Of a stretch of 64,000 bases of DNA, positions 37,121-46,409 are shown piece after piece. This DNA comes from Bryobacterales bacterium. Its GTDB lineage: Bacteria; Acidobacteriota; Terriglobia; Bryobacterales; Bryobacteraceae. The stretch lies in assembly GCA_963718465.1 (NCBI GenBank), contig CAVQZK010000015.1:1184-65183 (forward strand), given 5' to 3'. Below the pieces are notes generated by a model. That model did not search any database. It saw nothing but the letters and a program-made list of their open reading frames with translations, and was not told the origin of the DNA. The translations under genes and the position numbers were made by a program. Each line of letters begins with the position of its first letter. Within the stretch, counting starts at the first letter, position 1.

Positions 37121-37831
37121 CTACTGCTTTACTTTCCAGAGGATCTGACGCAGTATTCCGAGCCATGTCTCCACATCTGAAGCAGGTAAACCAAGGCGCC
37201 TTATGAGGCGGCGCAGTTTAAGCCCGGCGGATTCAGAAGTCTTCTGATTGATGTAGCCGGAACAATCGAGGATGTCGAGCAGCAAGCCGGTAATGCGTTC
37301 ACTCGCCTCCGCAGTGGCGATTGGGACAGCATCGAAGCGGTGAGCGGTGGCTTCGGCATTCCGGCGCAGTTCATATAGGCAAACCGCGACGGCTTGGCCC
37401 AGATTCATGGAACCGTGCTCCTCTCGGCAAGGAATTCGGAGAAGCCAGTGGCAGTGGCTCATGTCCTCGTTCGATAGGCCGAATTTCTCGGAGCCGAAGA
37501 GGAGCGCAGCAGGTGCGGAGGCCGCATGTTCGCGCAGCATCTCACCGGCGGGTTCGAGGCGATGCAGCGGCAAATGCAGATCGCGACGCGCGGCGGCGGA
37601 GGTGCCGACCACCAGACTGCAATCGGCGACAGCCTCTGCAACTGTGGCGAACACTTCAGCCTGTTCAAGGATGTATTGCGAGTGAACGGCCGAGCGCGCT
37701 TCCTTGAATGCGACTTGGTAGGGATTCACCAAGCGCATGCCAGTGAATCCGAAGTTGCTCATGGCGCGCGCTGCCGCGCCGATATTGAGTGGGTTCCGCG
37801 GTGAGACCAGGACGATCCGGAGACCGGTCAC
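37121..37831 (-). CDS. trmJ: SpoU/TrmH-class RNA 2'-O-methyltransferase, TrmJ-like
   Basis: RIVLVSPRNPLNIGAAARAMSNFG, LLFGSEKFGLSNEDM, IPCREEHGSMNLGQAVAVCLYEL. The GTG start shares one nt with the speA stop. Confidence 0.8.
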   Translation of the reverse strand: MTGLRIVLVSPRNPLNIGAAARAMSNFGFTGMRLVNPYQVAFKEARSAVHSQYILEQAEVFATVAEAVADCSLVVGTSAAARRDLHLPLHRLEPAGEMLREHAASAPAALLFGSEKFGLSNEDMSHCHWLLRIPCREEHGSMNLGQAVAVCLYELRRNAEATAHRFDAVPIATAEASERITGLLLDILDCSGYINQKTSESAGLKLRRLIRRLGLPASDVETWLGILRQILWKVKQ

Positions 37832-39771
37832 TATTGTTCCAGGTAGGTGTATCCTTGTAGACCTTCTTCGTAAAATTTGAGCAGGCGGCCAGCCTCTTCA
37901 TAGCCGACGCGCTGCTCGCGGACCGCAAGTTCCACATCTTTACGGAAGGCGTCGATAAGGGACTGCGTGTTGTATTGAACGTAGTTAAGAACTTCGCGAA
38001 CGGTATCGCCCTGCACGACGGTTTCAAGAACCACTTCGCCGTTTCCATCCAGGCTGACGTGGACGGCGTTAGTGTCGCCGAAGAGATTATGCAAGTCGCC
38101 GAGGATTTCCTGATAAGCGCCTAAGAGGAATGCGCCCAGGATATAAGGACTGTCCGGCGAAAAGGCATGCAGAGCAAGAGTCTTCTTGACGTCGCGGCGG
38201 TCGATAAATTGATCGATCTTGCCGTCGGAATCGCAGGAGATGTCGCCGAGGACGGCGGAACGAGTGGGGGCTTCGCCCAGGCGGTGGATGGGCATGAGCG
38301 GGAAGAGCTGCTTAACGGCCCAGCTGTCTGGCATGCTTTGGAACAGCGAGAAATTGCAGAAGTAGGTATCGGACAGCATGGCATCCAAGCCTTCGAGTTC
38401 TTCCGGGAAATAATCGAGTTCTTTGGCCAGGCGCAGGATCTTGCGGCAAATGGCCCAATAGAAGTTTTCCGATAGGCTGCGCTGTTCGAGAGTAAGATAG
38501 CCCAGATTGAACAGGTTCAGCGCGGAATCCAGGGCTTGCTGCGAATCGTGATAGGTCTCAAGCAAGTTCTTCTTGCTGATCGATTTGTGTGTTTCGTAAA
38601 GATCTATAAGTGCCTGTTCCGAGTCTTCAGGAATGATAGCGGGCAGGTCTTCTTCGCCGAAACCGCTAACGCCGAGGACGTTAAAGACAAGCAGGCTATG
38701 ATAAGCGGCGACAGCTCGGCCGCTTTCCGTAATGATGTTGGGGTGCGGAACCTCGGCTTCGTCGCAGATGTTCTGGATGTGGTAAACAACGTCGCGGGCG
38801 TACTCTTCCAGCGTATAATTGACGCTCGATTCGAAGTCGGTCTGCGAGCCGTCATAGTCGATGCCGAGACCGCCGCCGACATCGAGATAGGTCAGACCAG
38901 TGCCGGCTTTCTTCATATCGACGTAGATGCGGGCGGCTTCGATGACGGCGGCCTTAATCTGGCGGATATTGGTGATCTGGCTGCCAAGGTGGAAGTGGAG
39001 CAGCTTGAGGCTATCTTCCATGCCGCGATCTTTAAGGAATTGGACCGCTTTGAGAGCCTCGCTGACAGTGAGGCCGAATTTCGAGCGGTATCCGCCGGAT
39101 GATTTCCAACGGCCCGAGCCGCGGCTGGCCAGCTTGACCCGAATGCCTATGGTAGGCTTTACGCCAACCAGTTCAGCGTGCTTCGCGATAAGGTCGAGTT
39201 CGGTGTATTTTTCGACAACGGGAATGATCTGCCGGCCGATCTTGTTGGCGAGCATTACCATTTCGATGTATTCGTCATCCTTAAACCCATTGCAGATGAT
39301 CGGAGTGGCGTTGTCGGCAATGGCAAGCACTGCCAGCAGTTCGGGCTTAGACCCAGCTTCGAGGCCGAAATTATATTCGCGGCCATAAGTGAAAACTTCT
39401 TCCACCACCTGGCGCTGCTGATTGACTTTAATCGGATAGACGCAGCAATATTTGCCTTGATAACCGTGTTCGCGGATAGAAGTGTCGAAGGCCTGATGCA
39501 TCTCGCCCAGCCGATGCTTGATGATGTCGGCGAAGCGGATCAGAATAGGCAGCGAAATGCCGCGCCACTGTAAGGTATCGACGAGTTGCTTGAGATCGAT
39601 GCTGCGGTTGGATTCCTTGGTGGGGTGAACGAAAAGATTTCCATTCGCGCCCACAGAGAAATAGCCTTTGCCCCAACTGGCGACGTCATAGAGCTCCGCC
39701 GCATCAGTGGTCGTCCAGCGCTCAGCCGGCTCGCGAACTTGCGCGGCAACGGTGCTTAATTTAGTGCTCAG
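37831..39771 (-). CDS. speA: Biosynthetic arginine decarboxylase, probable CTG start
   Basis: PLP-fold motifs (YCCVYPIKVNQQRQVVEEV; LHFHLGSQI; YLDVGGGLGIDYDGS). The conserved N-terminus WTTTDAAELYDVASWGKGYFSV lies upstream of the first canonical start (GTG 39654). The open frame holds only CTG 39771 (GAGGAG 9 nt upstream) or an ATT. 646 aa from the CTG. Confidence 0.88.
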   Translation of the reverse strand: MSTKLSTVAAQVREPAERWTTTDAAELYDVASWGKGYFSVGANGNLFVHPTKESNRSIDLKQLVDTLQWRGISLPILIRFADIIKHRLGEMHQAFDTSIREHGYQGKYCCVYPIKVNQQRQVVEEVFTYGREYNFGLEAGSKPELLAVLAIADNATPIICNGFKDDEYIEMVMLANKIGRQIIPVVEKYTELDLIAKHAELVGVKPTIGIRVKLASRGSGRWKSSGGYRSKFGLTVSEALKAVQFLKDRGMEDSLKLLHFHLGSQITNIRQIKAAVIEAARIYVDMKKAGTGLTYLDVGGGLGIDYDGSQTDFESSVNYTLEEYARDVVYHIQNICDEAEVPHPNIITESGRAVAAYHSLLVFNVLGVSGFGEEDLPAIIPEDSEQALIDLYETHKSISKKNLLETYHDSQQALDSALNLFNLGYLTLEQRSLSENFYWAICRKILRLAKELDYFPEELEGLDAMLSDTYFCNFSLFQSMPDSWAVKQLFPLMPIHRLGEAPTRSAVLGDISCDSDGKIDQFIDRRDVKKTLALHAFSPDSPYILGAFLLGAYQEILGDLHNLFGDTNAVHVSLDGNGEVVLETVVQGDTVREVLNYVQYNTQSLIDAFRKDVELAVREQRVGYEEAGRLLKFYEEGLQGYTYLEQ

Positions 39772-40022
39772 TGTAAAGGTCTCCTCAGGCGAACAAATAC
39801 AACCTCAATTAAAGCAGAAAAAGATAAAAGGAATGTAACAGCCGGGTAAAGTGCTGGCTCCGCTGTTGAGGCAGGGCTAACCCGATGGACGGTTGTCTCG
39901 GGCGGCATAGGGTATTGCCTTGGTACTTTTGCATTTCTTGGAATGCGATTTCTACTAGAGGACTTAAAGCCGCCTAGCACTTAGGTCGATAGAAACTCAA
40001 GAGAAGCTTCTAGACAGCAGCT

Positions 40023-41204
40023 ATGGAACCGGCAAATTCGTCACCAGCAACCACCGCGTTAGACGGCCATTTACTACCGGTGTCGATCGTCGAGGCCGAA
40101 GCGGCGGCAGGAGCCGGGAACGGCAAAATTCTAATTGTTGATGCTGTGGTGGGGCGAAGACAGAGCCTGCGCCGGCAGATATGCGACTTAGACAGCCGGA
40201 TTCTGGAAGCGAACACCACGTCTGAGGCTGTGACATTGATATCCAGGCATCCGGTTGACCTGGTGCTGATTTCCTCGAATGCTCCCGAGGTGGGCGCGGC
40301 GGAATTTTGCCGGACGATTCGCAAAGCAGCCGTTACCAGGTTCTTACCGGTTTTTGTGCTCTCGGAAGTGGACAGCGCGGAAGCTGAGGTGGCGGCCCTC
40401 GAAGCCGGGGCAAGCGAGTATCTGGTTACTCCGCTGCGAGCGACGGCGTTTCGAGCGCGTGTGCAGGCTAATTTGCGGCACAAGGCGATGGTGGATACAC
40501 TGGACGACTCGGAAACGGTGTTGTTTTCGCTGGCGAAATCGGTGGAAGATCGAGATCCGGACCTTGGTCTGCATTGCCAGCGGTTAGCTTTGATGGGCGC
40601 GGCTATGGGCGTTGCGCTGAAGCTGCCCGCTGGCGATATTTTGGCGCTGCAGCGCGGTGGTTACCTTCACGATATTGGCAAGATTTCCATCCCAGACAGG
40701 GTGTTGTTCAAGACTGGACCGCTTACGCCCGATGAGTGGGAAATCATGAAGTCGCATGCCGCGCGGGGCGAAAAGATCTGTGCCGGCGTTAAATCCCTGG
40801 CGCCGATTTTGCCGATCGTCCGCAACCATCATGAGCGTTGGGACGGCTCCGGATATCCTGACGGCCTTAAGGGTGAAGATATTCCCTTGATGGCGCGGAT
40901 TCTGCAACTGGCCGACATATACGACGCGCTGACAACATTACGGCCCTACAAATGCGCCTATACGGCGGAAGAATCTTTGGCCATCATCTGGGACGAAACG
41001 AAGAAGGGTTGGAGAGATCCGCAATTGGTTGAGGTATTCGCCGATATTCTGCCCATGTTCCGGATGCCGGGCCTGCCGGATTTCTCAAGGCTTTCTTTGC
41101 AGGCATTAGCGGCTTCGCTGGAATCGTATCGAATCGAACCCATGAAACCGTATGAGCGGGCTCGAAAAGTCGAGTTGCCTACGCGCATTCAGTTAGTGGG
41201 TTAA
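40023..41204 (+). CDS. HD-GYP phosphodiesterase with degenerate (pseudo-)receiver domain
   Basis: HD-GYP: YLHDIGK and HHERWDGSGYPDGL. The receiver-like N-terminus lacks the phospho-acceptor Asp (DLVLISS where DLVLLD is expected), the second acidic residue (ILIVDA) and the conserved Lys (YLVTPL where KP is expected). Confidence 0.88.
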   Translation: MEPANSSPATTALDGHLLPVSIVEAEAAAGAGNGKILIVDAVVGRRQSLRRQICDLDSRILEANTTSEAVTLISRHPVDLVLISSNAPEVGAAEFCRTIRKAAVTRFLPVFVLSEVDSAEAEVAALEAGASEYLVTPLRATAFRARVQANLRHKAMVDTLDDSETVLFSLAKSVEDRDPDLGLHCQRLALMGAAMGVALKLPAGDILALQRGGYLHDIGKISIPDRVLFKTGPLTPDEWEIMKSHAARGEKICAGVKSLAPILPIVRNHHERWDGSGYPDGLKGEDIPLMARILQLADIYDALTTLRPYKCAYTAEESLAIIWDETKKGWRDPQLVEVFADILPMFRMPGLPDFSRLSLQALAASLESYRIEPMKPYERARKVELPTRIQLVG

Positions 41205-41225
41205 AAAGCCGCATTATAATTCTGT

Positions 41226-41927
41226 TTGCGCCAGATTTCCGGTTTACTGCGAGTCCTGAATCATGAAATTATAGAGTGCCGGTTGTGCCCGCGTTTGGTG
41301 GCGCATCGCGAAGAGATTGGGCGGGTGCAACGGCGGGCGTATCGGGGACAGGCATATTGGAGCAGGCCAGTGCCGGGGTTTGGGGATGCGGCTGCGCGCC
41401 TATTGATTGTTGGATTGGCTCCAGGGGCGCACGGGGCGAATCGGACGGGGCGGATGTTTACGGGCGACCGGTCCGGGGATTTTCTCTATAGGGCGCTGTA
41501 TGAGGCGGGATTTGCGAATCAGCCAACGAGCGTAGCGCGGGAAGACGGGCTTTTTTTGACCGACGCATACATTGCCGCGCCGGTGCGGTGCGTGCCGCCG
41601 GATAACAAACCAACTCTCGACGAGATTCTGACTTGCCGGCCTTATCTGGTCCGCGAGATGGCGATTCTTAAAAACGTAAAACTTGTGGCAGTGCTGGGCG
41701 GGATTGCGCTGCAGGCTTACCTTTCAGTTTTGCAGGAACAAGGGCTTATCAGATCGCGGAGCGCTTTCCGGTTTGGGCATGGAGCCGTCATTCAGACCCA
41801 CGCGGGCGGCCCATTGGTGCTGGCTTCGTATCACCCAAGCCAGCAGAATACGTCCACTCGGCGGTTAACGGCGGAGATGCTGCGCGAGATTTTTGTCGAG
41901 GCGCGGCGGCGGCTGGACAATTCATAA
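41226..41927 (+). CDS. Uracil-DNA glycosylase, family 5 (UdgB-like)
   Basis: Motif GLAPGAHGANRTGRMFTGD, N-terminal Cys pair (ECRLCPRL), C-terminal SYHPSQQN. TTG start. Confidence 0.82.
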   Translation: MRQISGLLRVLNHEIIECRLCPRLVAHREEIGRVQRRAYRGQAYWSRPVPGFGDAAARLLIVGLAPGAHGANRTGRMFTGDRSGDFLYRALYEAGFANQPTSVAREDGLFLTDAYIAAPVRCVPPDNKPTLDEILTCRPYLVREMAILKNVKLVAVLGGIALQAYLSVLQEQGLIRSRSAFRFGHGAVIQTHAGGPLVLASYHPSQQNTSTRRLTAEMLREIFVEARRRLDNS

Positions 41928-42156
41928 GAGAGTTTTAGAACGATATTCCACTTTCATCGAGGCGTGCGGGATAGGTCCTGTTTTCGCGGGTCCCAGCGGT
42001 ATTCAGTGAATCTTCAGATTGGCCGAGTATCTTTTAAATTTAAGCCTTGAGTTTACAGGATCAACAACTGAACCGGACGCTGCGGTTGGCAGACGCGCCA
42101 GGCAAGTTGTACACGGTCAGGTATGAGTGACTCAGGCTCTACGGAGGTAGTGAATT

Positions 42157-43182
42157 GTGCGAATCTTAAAGCCCTTACCGGCACTATTAATTCCCGTCTT
42201 GGTTAGTCTTGGAAGCTCGATCCAGGGGGCGGCTTCGTATCACGTGACCTCCAGCATCTCAATTCCGGGCAGCGGAGGATGGGACTACGTGGCGGCCGAT
42301 TCGGCGAATCGCCGGCTGTATGTTTCGCACGCGTCGAAAGTGGATGTGGTGGATCTGGATTCGGGAAAAGTAGTAGGAGAAGTTCCCAACACCAATGGCG
42401 TGCATGGCATCGCAATTGCGAACGATCTGGGCCGCGGCTTTATTAGCGCCGGACGCGACAATCAGGTGGTTATCTTCGACCTGAAAACATTGGCGACTCT
42501 GGGGAACGCCAAAACCGGTACGAACCCCGACGGCATTCTTTATGAACCGTCAACCCAGCGGGTGTTTGCCTTCAACGGCCGGAGCAAGAACGCGACGGTC
42601 ATCAATGGCAAGGACGGCAGCATCGTGTCCACCATCGAGCTCGGCGGGAAGCCGGAATTTCCAGCGGCGGACGGCCAGGGGAATGTTTTCGTGAATATCG
42701 AAGACAAGAACGAAATCGTTCACATCGATGCCAAGAGTTTAGAAGTGAAGGCGCATTGGTCGATAGCCCCGGCAGAGTCACCGTCGGGTTTAGCGATCGA
42801 CACGGAGCACCACCGCCTGTTTTCAGTTTGCGACGGCAAAGTAATGGTGGTGTTGGATTACGATAGCGGCAAGGTAGTGGCGAACGTGCCGATTGGCGAA
42901 GGGCCGGACGCCGCTTCCTACGACCCTGGCACGCATACCGCCTTCTCGTCGAATGGCGAAGGCACGGTCACGGTGGTGAAGGTAGAGGGGCATGACAAAT
43001 ACACAGCCTCTACCGTGCGGACAAAGAAAGGGGCGCGCACCATGACGGTAGATTTAAAGACACACCAACTCTATTTGCCGAGCGCGGACTACGGCCCAAG
43101 CCCCGAAGCGACTGCCGGCAATCCACATCCGCGGCAGGCGGTTGTAGCAGGTTCGTTCAAAGTGCTGGTGCTCACCCCGTAA
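42157..43182 (+). CDS. Exported YncE-like YVTN beta-propeller protein
   Basis: Signal peptide, then GGWDYVAADSANRRLYVSH..VDVVDLDSGKVVGEV..GVHGIA and repeated propeller blades. GTG start preceded by GGAGG. Confidence 0.85.
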   Translation: MRILKPLPALLIPVLVSLGSSIQGAASYHVTSSISIPGSGGWDYVAADSANRRLYVSHASKVDVVDLDSGKVVGEVPNTNGVHGIAIANDLGRGFISAGRDNQVVIFDLKTLATLGNAKTGTNPDGILYEPSTQRVFAFNGRSKNATVINGKDGSIVSTIELGGKPEFPAADGQGNVFVNIEDKNEIVHIDAKSLEVKAHWSIAPAESPSGLAIDTEHHRLFSVCDGKVMVVLDYDSGKVVANVPIGEGPDAASYDPGTHTAFSSNGEGTVTVVKVEGHDKYTASTVRTKKGARTMTVDLKTHQLYLPSADYGPSPEATAGNPHPRQAVVAGSFKVLVLTP

Positions 43183-43309
43183 CCGTCGTACCGTGGTCGA
43201 ATCGCCTTCAACTCCTACCGCCACAAAATCCTACAATTCGAATTGACCCGCGGCCCGGCCAGGGTGGCGGCGGTCATGCGAGCAACCATAGAACAATGGA
43301 TTAGATGGC

Positions 43310-43978
43310 ATGTGGATCTTAGTAGCAGAGGACGAGACTTCGATGGGCGATCTGTTGCTCCAGGGCCTCGAAGAGCAGAATCACACCGTAACGCTCGCGC
43401 GCAACGGAGAGGAGGCATTGGCGGCCGTTAGCGCAAGCTCTTTCGACGCGATTGTATTGGATGTCATGATGCCCTACGTCAGCGGCCTCGAAGTGGCCCG
43501 GCGGCTGCGAGCTTCGAAGAACCATACGCCTATTCTTATCCTCACTGCAAGAGATGCCGCGGAAGACATTGTGAATGGCCTGGACGCAGGCGCGGACGAT
43601 TATCTGGTGAAGCCGTTCGCTCTGAGTGTCCTGCTGGCGAGGCTCCGGGCTATTGCACGACGGGCCGCACAGGCGCCGGTGAAAGAACTGCGAGCCAATG
43701 ACCTTTTCCTGGACCCGGCAACCCGAGAAGTCAGAAGAGACGGAAAGAAGATTTCGCTGACGCCGACGGAATTCAGGCTGCTCGAAGTGTTGATGAGGCG
43801 CGCGAACCGGGCGGTCTCGCGTTCGTCGATCATTGAAGCAGTTTGGGGGTTTAACGAAGAAGTGGAATCGAATACTGTCGATGTGTACATCAAACTGCTT
43901 CGCGAAAAGGCGGACAATGTGATCACAAAACGATTAATCCACACCGTACGTGGATTCGGATATATTCTGCGTGATTAA
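43310..43978 (+). CDS. OmpR-family response regulator
   Basis: Canonical receiver (ILVAEDE, AIVLDVMMP, ILILTA, DYLVKPF) plus a winged helix (LTPTEFRLLEVLM..IHTVRGFGYIL). Confidence 0.92.
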   Translation: MWILVAEDETSMGDLLLQGLEEQNHTVTLARNGEEALAAVSASSFDAIVLDVMMPYVSGLEVARRLRASKNHTPILILTARDAAEDIVNGLDAGADDYLVKPFALSVLLARLRAIARRAAQAPVKELRANDLFLDPATREVRRDGKKISLTPTEFRLLEVLMRRANRAVSRSSIIEAVWGFNEEVESNTVDVYIKLLREKADNVITKRLIHTVRGFGYILRD

Positions 43979-45347
43979 GCCGCGCGCAAGATCGATACGA
44001 TTCCGTCTCGCCGCCAGTTACACGGCGGTGCTCGGTTTAACTTTCGCGCTGATTGGCGTAGGCGTCTGGATTGCCTTGGAACACAGCATCCGGAAAACGG
44101 CGGATCGAGAACTGCGTTCCCGTCTGGCGGATGTTCGACGTTACGTGGATGGATTCTCCCCCAACGATCTTCTGCATATTGAGGAGGAGTTTCGTGAAGA
44201 ATCGCTACTTGGTCAATCGGCAGCCAATATACGGATCGCAGATGCGAACGGCAAATGGCTGTTTCGCAGTCCAGGTACGGAAAACTGGCCTCTCCAGCCG
44301 GAAATACGCGATTGGGCAGCGCGAGGAAAGCCCAGGACCATTCGGGCCGGACGCGATCTCATTCGTGTTCTCACCGCCAGGGTCAGAGTTGGCATCGTGC
44401 AGATTGGCCTTCCCATTGACGAATTCGAGGAAGTAAAGGATGGATTCCTATGGTCGATTGGCTTGGGCAGCCCGCTTCTACTTCTACTTGCGTGGTTCGG
44501 AGGCTATTGGATGAGTGGACGGGCGTTGAAACCGGTGGATATGATCTCCCATGCCGCGGCGCAAATAAGCGCTCAAATGCTGTCGAGCCGGTTGCCTACC
44601 AGCGGGGTGGGCGATGAACTGGATCGGTTATCGCGTGTCTTGAACGACATGCTCACGCGCCTGGAAGTTGCATTCAATCGAATTACCGAATTTACCGCGG
44701 ACGCTTCTCACGAACTGCGAACGCCCGTGGCAATCATTCAAACAACATCGGAATTGATGCAGACGCGGCCCCGAACGGTCGAGGAGCATATCAAGGCATG
44801 GAGCACTGTTAGAGCGGAAACCGAGCGAACGTCGCGGTTGATTGCGGATCTCTTAACCCTCGCCCGCTTTGACGTTGGCAAGGCAGACTTGGAGTTCTAC
44901 CCGATGGATCTGTCGGAAGCGGTACGCACGGCGGCCGAAGAAATGCGGGTCATGGCGGACGCCAAAGAACTCCACCTGTTTGTCAATGCTTCAGCGCCAT
45001 GCGCGATGCAGGGCGATGCGGACGCTCTGCGGCGCGCGACCTGTATTCTTTTGGATAATGCAATCAAATTTACACCCGCGTCCGGTGAGATACGAATCGA
45101 CGTGAAAGTTAGCGGGCGGGCGGAAGTGAGTGTTTCAGACACGGGTGTGGGCATCGGAAAGGAAGATATAAGCCGGATTTTTGAACGCTTCTACCGGGTA
45201 TCGAAAGACCGTTCGCGCAAAACGGGCGGCATAGGACTGGGTCTATCCATAGCTCGGCTCATTGTAGAGAGGCATGGCGGTGAACTGCGCGCGGAAAGCA
45301 CTCTGAGCAAGGGATCGATATTTACAATGTTGCTGCCGGTTCCTTGA
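43971..45347 (+). CDS. Sensor histidine kinase (2 TM, HAMP, HisKA, HATPase_c)
   Basis: H-box FTADASHELRTPV, N-box LLDNAIKFT, G-boxes DTGVGI and GGIGLGLSI. GTG 43971 overlaps the regulator stop by 8 nt. Confidence 0.9.
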   Translation: MIKPRARSIRFRLAASYTAVLGLTFALIGVGVWIALEHSIRKTADRELRSRLADVRRYVDGFSPNDLLHIEEEFREESLLGQSAANIRIADANGKWLFRSPGTENWPLQPEIRDWAARGKPRTIRAGRDLIRVLTARVRVGIVQIGLPIDEFEEVKDGFLWSIGLGSPLLLLLAWFGGYWMSGRALKPVDMISHAAAQISAQMLSSRLPTSGVGDELDRLSRVLNDMLTRLEVAFNRITEFTADASHELRTPVAIIQTTSELMQTRPRTVEEHIKAWSTVRAETERTSRLIADLLTLARFDVGKADLEFYPMDLSEAVRTAAEEMRVMADAKELHLFVNASAPCAMQGDADALRRATCILLDNAIKFTPASGEIRIDVKVSGRAEVSVSDTGVGIGKEDISRIFERFYRVSKDRSRKTGGIGLGLSIARLIVERHGGELRAESTLSKGSIFTMLLPVP

Positions 45348-45494
45348 TTAGGGATTACGGCCAAGAGGGAATATTTCGGCAACGTTGAAACCCGTCCGGA
45401 GAGCTTCGAAAATTCCTTCCATGACGTCATGCCCCACAGCACCATGCATATGGATGTCAAGCAAGCCGCGTCTTGACCCTTGGGGTTCAGACAC
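45348..45494 (-). pseudogene. Possible relic of an N-acetylglucosamine-6-phosphate deacetylase/amidohydrolase gene (about 48 codons)
   Basis: Unlisted minus-frame peptide ..GLLDIHMHGAVGHDVMEG..EALRT.. resembles the NagA metal-binding HxH region. The frame stops at 45348-45350, directly abutting the kinase stop, so the rest of the gene is absent. Confidence 0.3.
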
Positions 45495-45535
45495 TTTTCT
45501 AGTATGCGGAGTAAGCTGTTGAATAGAGTCCGCAT

Positions 45536-45769
45536 ATGGAAACGATCCAGATTGTTCTCGATCAAAAGCTTCTCAAGGCGACCGATAAGGCAGCGCGCCG
45601 GACCAAACAGAATCGCTCTGCGCTGGTTCGCGATGCGCTTCGGGAGCACCTTCGGAAACTGGAAATCCAAGCCTTGGAACGGCGTGACCTGCAAGGTTAT
45701 TCCAACCTGCAACCAGAGATCGACGAATCCCTCCTTTGGGAGGGAGAGGCCGCGTGGCCGGCAAAATAG
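45536..45769 (+). CDS. CopG/ribbon-helix-helix antitoxin, orphan
   Basis: METIQIVLDQKLLKATDKAARRTKQNRSALVRDALREHL is an RHH antitoxin N-terminus. Only 85 nt separate its stop from the next, convergent gene, so no toxin ORF follows. Confidence 0.8.
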   Translation: METIQIVLDQKLLKATDKAARRTKQNRSALVRDALREHLRKLEIQALERRDLQGYSNLQPEIDESLLWEGEAAWPAK

Positions 45770-45780
45770 GCTCGATTAAG

Positions 45781-45804
45781 TCCCGCGCGAATGAGCGGGA
45801 TTTG
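45781..45804 (+). terminator. Hairpin TCCCGC-N8-GCGGGA followed by TTTG
   Basis: Read directly. It begins 12 nt after the antitoxin stop. The stem is short and the T-tract weak. Confidence 0.35.
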
Positions 45805-45854
45805 CGCCGCTTTGTACTTCTCCCTCGGTTGCGAATGAATCCATTAGCACTGTG

Positions 45855-46409
45855 TTAATGTTCATGCACACACCCCGGATAGCCATCACGAACCGTATTC
45901 CCCTTATATCCGAGATCCTCAATCAATCCAATCTTCGAGGTGTAATACCCATCCGCCGTTAGTCTCTTCACTAACGCAAAAAACTGCACATTACGCCCGA
46001 GGGCCGTCCCTGAATCCGCAGCCTCACAGAGCGGCTCCAGAATCGCCAGTTGCCCCCGCTCATCTAACTCACTGAACTTCTGCCTATCCAACCAGCGCAA
46101 TCCATCGGCCACCAGCGACTGCTGCTCCGCATCGCGCGAAATCACCATATCGATATACGCTGGAACGCCCGCCTTAATCGCTCCTGGCGTCTCGGTATCT
46201 GGAATAATTAAATCCGTTATGCGCGAGACGGCTTGAAAATCGGCGTCATTGAGAAAGCGCGTATGAGCCGTCGCCGGAGCCGCACTGTGTTCATGCGCTG
46301 GAGCAGTCTGTCCAAACAGTTCTTCGCCGGCAAATGGATAGGCGCAAGTCGCTCCAATTGCGCCAAAAATCTTCAACACCGAACGCCGGTCGGAAGAATA
46401 ACTTGCCAT
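45855..46409 (-). CDS. Gluconate 2-dehydrogenase subunit-3-like small subunit with Tat signal
   Basis: Twin-arginine motif SDRRSVLKIFGAIGATCAYPFAG. 184 aa. Starts immediately after the GMC gene stop. Confidence 0.85.
   Translation of the reverse strand: MASYSSDRRSVLKIFGAIGATCAYPFAGEELFGQTAPAHEHSAAPATAHTRFLNDADFQAVSRITDLIIPDTETPGAIKAGVPAYIDMVISRDAEQQSLVADGLRWLDRQKFSELDERGQLAILEPLCEAADSGTALGRNVQFFALVKRLTADGYYTSKIGLIEDLGYKGNTVRDGYPGCVHEH

Noticed and set aside
43234-43245. A perfect 12-bp palindrome CAATTCGAATTG lies upstream of the response-regulator gene.
   Set aside because: It is short enough to occur by chance. The adjacent TTGACC has no plausible -10 partner at 16-19 nt, so no promoter or operator model is supported.
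45191-45712. A 173-aa minus-strand ORF spans the kinase 3' end, the intergenic gap and the antitoxin start.
   Set aside because: It overlaps two well-supported plus-strand genes and has no recognisable domain. The only family-like peptide in this interval is in a different minus frame (the NagA-like scrap).
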